Assembly: GCA_017475605.1 (NCBI GenBank)
Contig: JAFVFD010000004.1
Coordinates: 1-32,000, forward strand
From: Alphaproteobacteria bacterium
Lineage (GTDB): Bacteria > Pseudomonadota > Alphaproteobacteria > Rs-D84
DNA: 32,000 nt
Direction: 5' to 3'
Part shown: in pieces, positions 8,699-18,209 of the stretch
How the letters are laid out: every line of letters starts with the position of its first letter
Position numbering within the stretch: position 1 is the first letter of the stretch
Translations under genes and position numbers: made by a program
Notes under the pieces: model-generated
The model's database searches: none
What the model saw: the letters and a program-made list of their open reading frames with translations, nothing else
Told to the model about the DNA's origin: nothing

Positions 8699-9460
8699 CT
8701 ATATCATACGTTCAGTAAAGATTGTAACACCATCTTCGGTAATGCCCAATGTGTGTTCCCATTGTGCCGACAGCCCCCCATCAACCGTACGCGCAGTCCA
8801 ACCGTCCGCATCAATTTTACATTCCGGACGACCGGTATTAATCATTGGTTCAATCGTGAATACCAAACCCGGCACCATTTTAACCTTGTCCCACATTTTG
8901 TCATAGAAATGATAAATCTGGGGATCGTCATGCATAACCTTGCCGATACCATGGCCAACGAAATCGCGCGAAATTGAAAACCCATGGGGTTTTACAACCG
9001 CTTCGATTGTTTTACCAATTTCGGACAATGGCACACCCGGCGCACAAATTGAAATAGCGGCATTTAACGCATCTTGGCATGTCTGGACTAATTCACGCGC
9101 ACGTGGCGACACATTACCAATCATATACATACGCGATGCGTCCCCATGCCACCCCTTGTATTCAGCAGTAAGGTCAACATTAACAATATCGCCGTCTTTT
9201 AATATCACATCATCACTTGGGATACCATGAACGATAACATCGTTAACCGATGTACAGATACTTTTTGGATACCCTTCGTACCCAAGGTCAGATGAACGCG
9301 CCCCATTTGCGCGCAAAAATTCTGCAACCATACGATCAATTTCACCGGTGGAAATCCCCGCCTTGATATATGGCGAAATATAATCAAAGCAGCGCGCGAC
9401 CAAATCGCCCGACACGCGCAAACGTTTAAAATCTTTTGGTGCATAAACAGATGCTAACAT
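8699..9460 (-). CDS. map: Type I methionine aminopeptidase, 253 aa
   Basis: Metal-ligand motifs are present: VIVHGIP, GDIVNVD, FVGHGIG, VFTIEPMIN, SAQWEHT. Confidence 0.9.
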   Translation of the reverse strand: MLASVYAPKDFKRLRVSGDLVARCFDYISPYIKAGISTGEIDRMVAEFLRANGARSSDLGYEGYPKSICTSVNDVIVHGIPSDDVILKDGDIVNVDLTAEYKGWHGDASRMYMIGNVSPRARELVQTCQDALNAAISICAPGVPLSEIGKTIEAVVKPHGFSISRDFVGHGIGKVMHDDPQIYHFYDKMWDKVKMVPGLVFTIEPMINTGRPECKIDADGWTARTVDGGLSAQWEHTLGITEDGVTIFTERMI

Positions 9461-9463
9461 TTC

Positions 9464-10453
9464 TTAGTTCCTTCTTTTTACGGCCAGTTTCGATGCGCGC
9501 ATTGCCAACTTTAACGAAAAATCACGCAACAATATTTCAGTTGGCATACCGGTGGTACGCAATTGGCCTTCTAGTTCTGATAACCTTGTTAATACCGATG
9601 TAATGTCCGCCGCCGACCATATTTTTAATGCGGTGCGGAACTTGTCTTCAACCTTCCAAAAAAGGCGTGGCAATTGCCCATCCACAACCGCGACCAGCAG
9701 TTTTTTAAAATGGCTGTCTAACATACGAATAAGCATATTTGGTTCGGCACCACTGTATAATAACCTGTCCAGTGCCATCATTGTTTGTGATAAATGCCCC
9801 GCCGTCAAAGAATATAAATAATCATCAGTATCAACCGCGCCGGTATCGGGCAAACATTTTTCAACATCTTCCAGTTCGACAATATGTTTATCACTTACAT
9901 ACACCGCGATTTTATTAAGAAATCCGCGCGTTATTCCGCGATCCCCCCCAAGGTGAGTTGTCATATAAGCCATCGCATCGGGGGTTATCTGTTTAATACC
10001 TGCGTCCGCGGACAAAACACTGCGAATTAATGTTTCCAATGTGCGTGCATCATCATTATAACATGCCAATGCCGCGATATCTTCGCCCCCTTCGAACAAA
10101 GAACGCAGTCCCCCACCCGCACGCAATTCGCCGGCGGCGACAATCACAAAGGCCGACAAACCAGGATGCGAAATAAGTTCGGAAATAACACCGGTATCGC
10201 TGTCGCCGGCATTAGATATAATAACCATCTTTTGTCCACCAAACATAGATGGTGTACAACTTTCCGCGAACAAGGCTTCCTGTTTGTTAATTAAATCATC
10301 CGCATCCAGCGCAAAAAGATTATCTTTTTCAATACCAAGTTTTTCAACAGCACGATCACAGTATTCATCAACCTGGCCGGCATCGGGCCCATAGACCAAC
10401 AATGCACGCACCCGCGCAATACCGTTTTTAAAATCAGAATCTTTCCACTTCAT
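9464..10453 (-). CDS. holA: DNA polymerase III delta subunit, 329 aa
   Basis: The N-terminal LVYGPDAGQVDEY and the length fit HolA. It occupies the conserved position immediately downstream of lptE, with a 1-nt TAATG overlap. Confidence 0.7.
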   Translation of the reverse strand: MKWKDSDFKNGIARVRALLVYGPDAGQVDEYCDRAVEKLGIEKDNLFALDADDLINKQEALFAESCTPSMFGGQKMVIISNAGDSDTGVISELISHPGLSAFVIVAAGELRAGGGLRSLFEGGEDIAALACYNDDARTLETLIRSVLSADAGIKQITPDAMAYMTTHLGGDRGITRGFLNKIAVYVSDKHIVELEDVEKCLPDTGAVDTDDYLYSLTAGHLSQTMMALDRLLYSGAEPNMLIRMLDSHFKKLLVAVVDGQLPRLFWKVEDKFRTALKIWSAADITSVLTRLSELEGQLRTTGMPTEILLRDFSLKLAMRASKLAVKRRN

Positions 10454-10926
10454 TATTTTTTATTTTCCGTATGCGCATATTTATATGTTTCTGCGATTGC
10501 GCGATTACCGATTTTATCAGCCAACACAGTAATTGTATTTTTCACCGCATGGTTATACGACGCATTAGCCGCCACCAAATAACGCACAAACGAATATGAT
10601 TCAGATGCGCTTTCCGACCCCGTCGCAATTACTGAATCACCCGCGCGCAAAGTATATGTTGCGGTAAGCAATATTTCCTGCCATGTGGAAATACCAGTTG
10701 CTTCCAATGCCTTGTACTTTGTCTTGGGTTCCTGTAACACAACACTAAGTGTATATTTTGCCCCCGCATCGCGTTGACCACCGAAATGCGCATTAAGTGC
10801 ATTACGCAATTCAATTCCATTTACCCCACTGGCAATAGGCGCAACATAAATATCCGTATCGTTATCTGAAAACATTGGGCGAAAACCACAGCCCGCCAAC
10901 AACAAAACCAATAATAATTTTTTCAT
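10453..10926 (-). CDS. lptE: LPS-assembly lipoprotein LptE, 157 aa
   Basis: Signal peptide with lipobox LLLAG|C followed by GFRPMF, which is the LptE/RlpB hallmark. It shows lptE-holA synteny. Confidence 0.75.
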   Translation of the reverse strand: MKKLLLVLLLAGCGFRPMFSDNDTDIYVAPIASGVNGIELRNALNAHFGGQRDAGAKYTLSVVLQEPKTKYKALEATGISTWQEILLTATYTLRAGDSVIATGSESASESYSFVRYLVAANASYNHAVKNTITVLADKIGNRAIAETYKYAHTENKK

Positions 10927-11014
10927 GACGCATGCCCTTTTTATTTGCCCCAGATGTTTTCCTGTTGCATTTTATCTTTATATTACCTAGACTTTTAATA
11001 AATCGCAAGGGGGA

Positions 11015-12253
11015 ATGATGAATATTTTTATTATGATTTTGGTGGCTCTGTTTATGGGGACCTATTACTTGATTTCAAGTCCGTCCCTGCGTATTCGCGA
11101 ACAGGAAATTGACTATACCATAACCCGCGCAGACCTGCGATCAATTGCGGAATGTACACTGGCGGCCCACAACGCGAAAATAAACAATACCACCTTTGAT
11201 GATGAATGTGTCGCAAATAATGAAATTAAAACACAAATTGTGTGTGTTAATTCCAAAAATGCCGTTACCCCATGCGACGGGGAAAAGAATAAAAAGGCGG
11301 TGTACACTTATATCCTTACCACGACCCGCAAGATTGATGATGATAAATATAACGATATGATGGAAATATTGGAACAATATTATGCCGATGTCGGAACATT
11401 TGGTGTATTTATTGACGGTCAAATTGTGTCTGCGGGGGGCGCAAAACGTGATATTCCACGTGCCATGTTAAAGGACAGCGAAATATCAGACGGCCAGTTA
11501 GTATATCTTACCCAATATTCTATTCCTGATACAATTGTTGATTATGAAAAAAACGATTATAACGACATATTGTGTCCATCTGGCACCGCCAAGGTGTATC
11601 GTTTTAGCCGCTGGCAATGTATTCCAATAAACACAAAAACCAATTGTGCGGGCGATATGATTTGGGATTCAGATACATCTGAATGTGTCCCGGACGAGTC
11701 GCGCAAACCATTATGCGCATCACAACAAACTGCTGTTATTGTTGATGATGTGTGGGAATGTCTGGACCCGTTTTCTGACAAAACCTGTACAGGCGACATG
11801 ATTGCACGATTGAATTATAATACACTAGAATGGGAATGCGTGTCGGACCCGAATGCGACAAAACCATCAAAAAAATGCGAACATATGATTGGTGGTGCGG
11901 TATACGGAAAATCGGGGGCGACATTGCGTATTCCACCATCTTCATGTACAGATTGCGAAACATTATATGTTGATTCAAATACATGCGCCGCTACATGTGT
12001 CCCTGACGCGTCCAAGATTGGCGATTCGCGTTGCTATCCGGCGGCAACCCGCACCTGTAACGGACCAACGCGTGGATTTTATTTCGGCTTTCCGGACCGC
12101 ACATACGCTGCAAATGTTCCGGCGGTTCGTGGAACGACGGTTCCACTGGATTCAACACATTCACGAAACAGAATGTTTAATTGTATGGATTGTGGCGAAC
12201 GTGGCATAGACGAATCAAAATCGTTACCGCCATATGTAATTGTGTGTAATTAA
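11015..12253 (+). CDS. Cysteine-rich exported protein with N-terminal hydrophobic anchor, 412 aa
   Basis: N-terminal TM/signal (IFIMILVALFMGTYYLI) and more than 25 Cys. There are repeated modules CAGDMIWDSDTSECVPDESRKPLC and CTGDMIARLNYNTLEWECVSDPNATKPSKKC. No family assigned. Confidence 0.6.
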   Translation: MMNIFIMILVALFMGTYYLISSPSLRIREQEIDYTITRADLRSIAECTLAAHNAKINNTTFDDECVANNEIKTQIVCVNSKNAVTPCDGEKNKKAVYTYILTTTRKIDDDKYNDMMEILEQYYADVGTFGVFIDGQIVSAGGAKRDIPRAMLKDSEISDGQLVYLTQYSIPDTIVDYEKNDYNDILCPSGTAKVYRFSRWQCIPINTKTNCAGDMIWDSDTSECVPDESRKPLCASQQTAVIVDDVWECLDPFSDKTCTGDMIARLNYNTLEWECVSDPNATKPSKKCEHMIGGAVYGKSGATLRIPPSSCTDCETLYVDSNTCAATCVPDASKIGDSRCYPAATRTCNGPTRGFYFGFPDRTYAANVPAVRGTTVPLDSTHSRNRMFNCMDCGERGIDESKSLPPYVIVCN

Positions 12254-12277
12254 AAAACGCCCAAACGGGCGTTTTTT
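12252..12277. terminator. Bidirectional terminator between convergent genes
   Basis: AACGCCC-aaac-GGGCGTT hairpin flanked by AAAAA and TTTTTT. Confidence 0.7.
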
Positions 12278-13094
12278 ATTTTTCATTATCTGATTTTTGA
12301 CGACTTTGATAATCAGCCAAATCTTTACGCGCCTGTTTGTATTGCGCAGCCGATACATATTTACGATTGGCCGCTGTAATTTGTGCGTTTTCAATTGCGT
12401 TATCCATACGATCTTCGGCTATTTCTTCTGGGGTTGATTCTCTTGGGTAATCTGCATCAACACTTGGCTTTTTCCCGGCGACCACATCGCGTACACCATG
12501 CGGATGGCGCGCGTGAATAACAGTCAACATTTGGGAACGATAGTTTTTGCGCTTAAAATCTTCCAAATTTTGACTGGCAATTATTCTTATTGCTTCCCGC
12601 AGCATAGACAATACCTTGTATGTATCATCAGAATGCCCATCAACCAAATGTATTGCCACCATATCATTATGGGTATCTATTTTATCGTACCATTGACCAC
12701 GACTGCGGCCGTTCAGCACCATGAAATTAATTAATTTATGACGAATTTTTTCAACAATTTCAAATGCTGGTACATCTTGCGATACCGGTGTATCACAAAA
12801 ACGATAGATGGCATCTTGTCTTTCCAGTGGGAACGGCGAAACTTTGCCAAATCGGGCTGGATTATAGGACATTTCATGCCACAATGCACGACAAATAACA
12901 TTACCATCAATTTTGCCAACCACAACAGTCGCAGATGTAATGGGTTTATCCCAATCTTGGGAATGCTTGAACTGGGCAAACGCATTTGCCAGCCCCGCCC
13001 CCGTCAATTTACCAAAATACGCACGATTCGCACTGTATTTCAGCACTTCGCGATTGGAAAATATTTTCTGTCTGGTTTTTTTATCCATACACAA
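12276..13094 (-). CDS. Hypothetical protein, 272 aa
   Basis: Long ORF with a charged C-terminal tail. No motif recognised. Confidence 0.5.
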   Translation of the reverse strand: MCMDKKTRQKIFSNREVLKYSANRAYFGKLTGAGLANAFAQFKHSQDWDKPITSATVVVGKIDGNVICRALWHEMSYNPARFGKVSPFPLERQDAIYRFCDTPVSQDVPAFEIVEKIRHKLINFMVLNGRSRGQWYDKIDTHNDMVAIHLVDGHSDDTYKVLSMLREAIRIIASQNLEDFKRKNYRSQMLTVIHARHPHGVRDVVAGKKPSVDADYPRESTPEEIAEDRMDNAIENAQITAANRKYVSAAQYKQARKDLADYQSRQKSDNEK

Positions 13095-13160
13095 CTCCCT
13101 TGGCTATAATATATATAGCACATATTTTTGTTTTGTCAATACCGCATTTATAACGAAACA

Positions 13161-13190
13161 AAAAAGTGGGGCATTTGCCCCACCCTTGTT
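13161..13190 (-). terminator. Rho-independent terminator of the acyl-CoA synthetase gene
   Basis: GTGGGGCA-tt-TGCCCCAC hairpin at 13166..13183. On the minus strand it is followed by TTTTTTGTTTCG. Confidence 0.65.
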
Positions 13191-14801
13191 TTATCCGTCA
13201 TAACGCTGATATTCGCCTTTGTCTAACAACTCTTTTACCATAAAGTGTTTGATTTTCTTGGCGGATGTCTGTGGCAATTCTTTGTCCGTAATCGCAAAGT
13301 GCTTTACCCACTTGTACTGCGCTATTTTAAGGTTAGACGCCTTGACCAACAATGCTATGTATTCTGGCTTGGTTCCCGGCTTTACTTGGAATACCGCATA
13401 GGGAACGACCTTGCCGTTGATTTTGTATTCAAATACGGCGGCCGCCAAAATATCGGCATTTTGTAAATACAGGTCTTCCATTTCTTCGGGCCAAATCTTT
13501 TTACCACTTTCCAGTACGATTAACTGTTTTTGACGGCCCTTGACAATAAGACGTCCCTTGGAATCTAACATTCCGACATCGCCCGTCTTGAACCAGCCAT
13601 CTTCGAACGCGGCGGCATTGGCTTCGTCATTACCGATATAGCCCGGCATTAACATATTTCCACGGAACCAGATTTCACCAACACCATCCTTGTCTGGATT
13701 GTGAATTTTTAATTCATTACCGACCAATGGCCCCGCATAGTGAATACCGCGCCCATCGATTTTTGGCACCGCCCAATTGAACAGCGCAGGCCCCGTTGTT
13801 TCAGTAAGACCAAAGCAATCACCCACCGAAAAGCCCAACTTTTCATAGAACTTGCGAATAGTTGGTTTTAATGGTGCGCCGGCAGAAACCAAAACGCGCG
13901 TGCGCCCACCAAAGATTTTGTGTACGGGTTCTGTAACCTTGTCCACCAATTTACCCAGGCCTATTTTACGCAATACTTTCTGCATTGATAAAATCATACG
14001 CATAAGCAACCACATATGTTTTTCGCGCGCCTGGTCCACAATCTTTTTATAGAAAACTTCCCAAATACGCGGAACGGCTGGTATAACCTCTGGCTTGTAT
14101 TCCGCCCAGTCTTTAATAAATTCGGCCGGTTTTAATACTGGCTGTAATAATAATTTGCCCTGCATGGTAACCGGACATACTACATTAATAACAATGCCGT
14201 ATATATGATAAAGCGGCAAAAAGCCATAGAATGTAAAGCCTGGTTTAACCACGTGAGTATAATATTCCGCGCCTTCGCATAATGCCAAAAGGTTTCCATG
14301 TGTAATACCCACAATCTTTGGATTTCCCGTTGAACCCGATGTAAATGACATCTGGGCAATATCGTCGTGATTCACATCTGCGGCGACAAAGTCCGCTTCA
14401 TCTGTGTCATCAACATTTTCGATATCAAACATTGGCACATCACATTCAAACATATGTGTTTTGTCCGCCAATGCCAATTTAGCCCCGGTGCGTGTCATCA
14501 TATTGATGTGTTCTTCGTGCGCCAAACCAGTATCCAGCAACAACGCACGTGCGCCCTGGGACAAAATCGCATAGTACGATTCGATGAATTCTGGGATATT
14601 TGAACACAACAATGCAACAACATCCCCTTTTTTAATTTTGAAACGTTTTGCCAACAATACAGCGCGCAATTTAACACGATGCAACAAGTCGGCATAGGTT
14701 CTGTTTTCACGCACAAAGAAAACCTTGTCCCGATTGCGCGCGCAAACATCCGCCAACATTTCGTACATATTTTTCATTTTATCTTTTACATGTTCTTTCA
14801 T
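13191..14801 (-). CDS. AMP-dependent synthetase / long-chain-fatty-acid--CoA ligase family protein, 536 aa
   Basis: AMP-binding motifs are present: FTSGSTGNPK, GFLPLYHIYG, FKTGDVGMLD, GRQKQLIVLESGKKIWPEE. The Met at 14801 (MKEHVK...) has AAGGGGA 8 nt upstream; the ORF is open to 14831. Confidence 0.8.
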   Translation of the reverse strand: MKEHVKDKMKNMYEMLADVCARNRDKVFFVRENRTYADLLHRVKLRAVLLAKRFKIKKGDVVALLCSNIPEFIESYYAILSQGARALLLDTGLAHEEHINMMTRTGAKLALADKTHMFECDVPMFDIENVDDTDEADFVAADVNHDDIAQMSFTSGSTGNPKIVGITHGNLLALCEGAEYYTHVVKPGFTFYGFLPLYHIYGIVINVVCPVTMQGKLLLQPVLKPAEFIKDWAEYKPEVIPAVPRIWEVFYKKIVDQAREKHMWLLMRMILSMQKVLRKIGLGKLVDKVTEPVHKIFGGRTRVLVSAGAPLKPTIRKFYEKLGFSVGDCFGLTETTGPALFNWAVPKIDGRGIHYAGPLVGNELKIHNPDKDGVGEIWFRGNMLMPGYIGNDEANAAAFEDGWFKTGDVGMLDSKGRLIVKGRQKQLIVLESGKKIWPEEMEDLYLQNADILAAAVFEYKINGKVVPYAVFQVKPGTKPEYIALLVKASNLKIAQYKWVKHFAITDKELPQTSAKKIKHFMVKELLDKGEYQRYDG

Positions 14802-14936
14802 AATATATTCCCCTTGGGTTTTTACATGCACATCAAATACAAAAACTGTGCCTGTATAATATGATTATAGTGCTTTTGCTTTATGAAAAACAACCTATTT
14901 TATGTTTTTATCTATATATGATACGTCCGAATCAGG

Positions 14937-14995
14937 AATCAATATATTGATTTCGAATCGACCTTTTACGATTCTTTTTATCAATATTTTGTGTT
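14937..14995. promoter_or_regulatory. Distal pair of NrdR-box-like sites in the nrdD upstream region
   Basis: Perfect 16-nt palindrome AATCAATATATTGATT at 14937..14952 and ATCAATATTTTGTGTT at 14980..14995. Both match the core of the NrdR box consensus acaCwAtATaTwGtgt. Confidence 0.4.
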
Positions 14996-15164
14996 TTTTG
15001 TATAAATCCGAATCGTTTTTTTACAAAAAGACAACACAAAAACACATTTTGTGCGACATATACCGATTCCGATTCGGTCTGTAATGCGCGGAATATTTAC
15101 CTTTTTAAAAGTAAAGCAAAAAATTAAAAAAAATTATTTTTTATATATTGTTAGAAAAGCCTAA

Positions 15165-15213
15165 ATACTATATATTGTTATCAAAATAACAAAACAGACA
15201 CTATATGTTGTGT
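15165..15213. promoter_or_regulatory. Proximal tandem NrdR boxes upstream of nrdD
   Basis: ATACTATATATTGTTA at 15165..15180 and ACACTATATGTTGTGT at 15198..15213, with starts 33 nt apart, 26 nt before the nrdD ATG. They match the NrdR box consensus acaCwAtATaTwGtgt, which typically occurs as a tandem pair before nrd operons. Confidence 0.6.
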
Positions 15214-15238
15214 TTTTTGACAAAAAAGGGTTAGTCAA

Positions 15239-17278
15239 ATGTCTGAAGCAAACGATAACGTTCCAACAATGCCAAAGTTATCTACCAAGATGACGGTGGC
15301 ACAAAAGCGCAGTGGTGAAACGGTACCATTTGATGCAATCAAAATATATAATGCTATTAAAAAGGCTGTGGCCGTTACGGCTGAAATAGATGATGCCAAG
15401 GTTGTCGAAATAACCCAGGCCGCACTTAACAAGATTGATGAAAAATATGCCGGCAAAACCCCAAAGGTTGAAGAAATCCAGGAAGCCGTTATCGAGGCTT
15501 TGATGGATGCCCGCGCATATAAAACGGCTGAATCATATATTATATATCGTCAAAAACGTTCTGAAATTCGTGATTCGTCGGTTGATGCGGTCGAAGTTAT
15601 CGAAGGCTATGTCGGCGGTTCAAATTGGCGAATCAAGGAAAACGCAAACATTGGCTATTCAATTGGCGGTTTGATTTTGCGTACATCCGAGCGCGTAACC
15701 GCGGAATATTGGTTAAACCTTTATCCACGCGCGGTGGCCGAAGCACACAAATCAGCGGCAATTCATATTCACGATTTGGGATGGTTGACCGGTTATTGCG
15801 CAGGTTGGTCTTTGCGCGAATTGTTATACGAAGGATTCAATGGGGTTCCTGGCTATTTACAATGTGAACCTGCGCGTCACATGGCGACCGCTGTATCGCA
15901 CATGGTGAACTTCCTTGGGACACTGCAAAACGAATTCGCCGGGGCCCAGGCATTTTCATCGGTTGACACATACCTGGCACCGTACGTCCGCATTGACAAT
16001 ATGTCCTATGCCGATGTAAAGAATGCTATGCAGACATTGGTGTTTAATTGTGCCGTTCCATGCCGTTGGGGAACCCAAACACCATTTATCAATTTTACAT
16101 TTGATTGGACATGCCCAAAAGATTTGCGTGAACAACATCCATTTGTTGGCAAAAAGCAGGTTGATTTCACATATGGCGATTTACAACCGGAAATGGACAT
16201 GATTAACAAGGCATTTTTGGAAGTCATGACCGAAGGCGATGCTATGGGCCGTCCGTTCACCTTCCCTATTCCGACATATAATATCACGCCGGATTTTCCA
16301 TGGAATCACCCAAATGTAAAACCGTTGTTTGATTTGGCGGCAAAATACGGTATTCCAAATTTCCAGAACTTCTTAAATTCGGACCTTAATCCAACTGATG
16401 TGCGTTCTATGTGCTGCAGATTGCGCCTTGACGTACGCGAATTGTTAAAGCGCGGTGGTGGTCTTTTTGGTTCTGCGGAAAAGACCGGCTCAATCGGTGT
16501 GGTAACAATCAATTTGGCGCGCCTTGGCTATACACACAAGGGCGACCGCGAAGGTTTATTCACCGAATTAAAACGTTTATTAGATTTGGGCCGCGATTCA
16601 TTGGAAATCAAACGTCAGATTATATCTAAAAATATGGAACGCGGGCTGTATCCATTTACAAAACGTTATCTGGGTAATTGGAACCATCACTTTTCAACAA
16701 TCGGTGTAAATGGTGCGAATGAAATGGTACGCAACTTTACAGACGACCGCGAAAACATCGCAACACCGTTGGGTAAAAAGTTAGTTTTAGATGTAATGGA
16801 TTTCATTCGTGAAAACCTTGCTAATTTCCAGGAACAAACCGGCAATCTGTATAATCTGGAGGCCACCCCAGCCGAGGGCTGTTCATATCGCTTTGCGAAG
16901 ACGGACAAGAAAAACTTTCCAGATATCATTACCGCCGGCACACCGGATGCGCCATATTACACAAATTCGACCCAGTTGCCTGTGAACTTCACTGACGATC
17001 CGTTCGTGGCATTGGAACACCAGGAAGAATTACAGCGCAAATATACCGGTGGCACGATGTTACATCTTTATATGGGTGAACCGGTATCATCGGGGGACGC
17101 GGCGCAGAAGATTGTACGAACGATATTTGAAAACTATCGTATTCCGTATATGACATTAACTCCGACATTTTCCATCTGTCCAAAGCATGGATATCTGCCG
17201 GGCCGGCATGAATTTTGTCCGAAATGCGATGCAGAAATTGCCGCAAATCAGAACGAAATTAAAACTGCCAACAACTAA
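15239..17278 (+). CDS. nrdD: Anaerobic ribonucleoside-triphosphate reductase catalytic subunit, 679 aa, lacking the C-terminal glycyl-radical motif
   Basis: N-terminal ATP-cone (VAQKRSGETVPFDAIKIYNAIKKA...YIIYRQKR). Class III core motifs SMCCRLRLD and NLEATPAEG. C-terminal Zn-ribbon-like CPKHGY-x9-CPKC. It ends with two tandem TAA codons. Confidence 0.9.
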   Translation: MSEANDNVPTMPKLSTKMTVAQKRSGETVPFDAIKIYNAIKKAVAVTAEIDDAKVVEITQAALNKIDEKYAGKTPKVEEIQEAVIEALMDARAYKTAESYIIYRQKRSEIRDSSVDAVEVIEGYVGGSNWRIKENANIGYSIGGLILRTSERVTAEYWLNLYPRAVAEAHKSAAIHIHDLGWLTGYCAGWSLRELLYEGFNGVPGYLQCEPARHMATAVSHMVNFLGTLQNEFAGAQAFSSVDTYLAPYVRIDNMSYADVKNAMQTLVFNCAVPCRWGTQTPFINFTFDWTCPKDLREQHPFVGKKQVDFTYGDLQPEMDMINKAFLEVMTEGDAMGRPFTFPIPTYNITPDFPWNHPNVKPLFDLAAKYGIPNFQNFLNSDLNPTDVRSMCCRLRLDVRELLKRGGGLFGSAEKTGSIGVVTINLARLGYTHKGDREGLFTELKRLLDLGRDSLEIKRQIISKNMERGLYPFTKRYLGNWNHHFSTIGVNGANEMVRNFTDDRENIATPLGKKLVLDVMDFIRENLANFQEQTGNLYNLEATPAEGCSYRFAKTDKKNFPDIITAGTPDAPYYTNSTQLPVNFTDDPFVALEHQEELQRKYTGGTMLHLYMGEPVSSGDAAQKIVRTIFENYRIPYMTLTPTFSICPKHGYLPGRHEFCPKCDAEIAANQNEIKTANN

Positions 17279-17314
17279 TAAATAACAAAAACAAAAAAAG
17301 AAAGGGGAGAAAAG

Positions 17315-17503
17315 ATGCAAACAGCAACAAACGCACAACGTACACCATGTGAAGTTTTTTCACGTTCAATGGGCTTTATTCGTCCGGTGTCTAATTTTAA
17401 CATTGGTAAATATTCTGAATTCTGCGAAAGAAAAACATTTACCGAACAAAACAGTTTGTCTGCTGGGGCGCGTCATGCTGATTTAATGAAAAAGGCGGCA
17501 TAA
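17315..17503 (+). CDS. Stand-alone glycyl-radical segment of class III RNR, 62 aa
   Basis: EVFSRSMGFIRPVSNFNIGKYSEFCERK matches the NrdD C-terminal radical motif (R-x-x-G-Y/F ... F/W-N-x-G-K-x-x-E ... R). It has its own SD, AAAGGGGAGA. It is in the same frame as nrdD, 36 nt after the nrdD stop. Confidence 0.7.
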   Translation: MQTATNAQRTPCEVFSRSMGFIRPVSNFNIGKYSEFCERKTFTEQNSLSAGARHADLMKKAA

Positions 17504-17507
17504 TACC

Positions 17508-18209
17508 ATGCGTGATATTCAGATTGGTGGGTTGGTTTCATTTACCACAATTGATTATCCCGGCAAATTGGCGGCTGTGCTGTTTTTGGTTGGGTGTCCG
17601 TTGCGATGTGCGTATTGTTCCAATCCACACTTACTGAATGTTGGACCGGGTGAATATGACCCGGAAAAGATTTATCAGTGGTTGCAAACCCGCGTCGGCA
17701 AACTGGAAGCGGTCGTTTTTTCCGGGGGCGAAGCGTTGATGCAGGGCGACGCAACCATTTCTTTTATGCGACGCGTACGTGAATTGGGTTTTGCAATAGG
17801 CCTGCACACGAATGGTTTTTATCCGAAAATGTTGGAACGCGCCGCAGAATTGGTTGATTGGATAGGCCTAGATTACAAGGCCACGCGTGAAAAATATGAA
17901 TCGTTGGTCGGCAACGCAATCGCATACGACAATATGATTCAATCACTGACATTTTGGCAATCGACCGGCAAAGATTTCGAGGTTCGCATAACATGTGATC
18001 CGCGATTTATTGATAAAAGCGATTTAATTGCGATTGTACGCGATTTAAACGCGCGTGGGGTACAAACAGTCGCGATTCAAAAATATATCGCACATTTCGA
18101 AGACGACGCGCATAAAACAACACCTGAAATGCGGGAACAGTTTTTTAATGACCCCGCCCTGCGCGACCAGATTTCCGCCTTGGTTCCCAACACTATTTGG
18201 CGGGAATAA
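17508..18209 (+). CDS. nrdG: Anaerobic RNR activating protein (radical SAM), 233 aa
   Basis: CX3CX2C cluster CPLRCAYC, GGEALMQ, and a position directly downstream of nrdD. Confidence 0.85.
   Translation: MRDIQIGGLVSFTTIDYPGKLAAVLFLVGCPLRCAYCSNPHLLNVGPGEYDPEKIYQWLQTRVGKLEAVVFSGGEALMQGDATISFMRRVRELGFAIGLHTNGFYPKMLERAAELVDWIGLDYKATREKYESLVGNAIAYDNMIQSLTFWQSTGKDFEVRITCDPRFIDKSDLIAIVRDLNARGVQTVAIQKYIAHFEDDAHKTTPEMREQFFNDPALRDQISALVPNTIWRE

Noticed and set aside
14902-15084. 60-aa ORF in the nrdD upstream region
   Set aside because: The region is AT-rich and full of NrdR-box-like palindromes. There is no SD, and the composition (F/I/L/Y-rich) is what AT-rich non-coding DNA yields.
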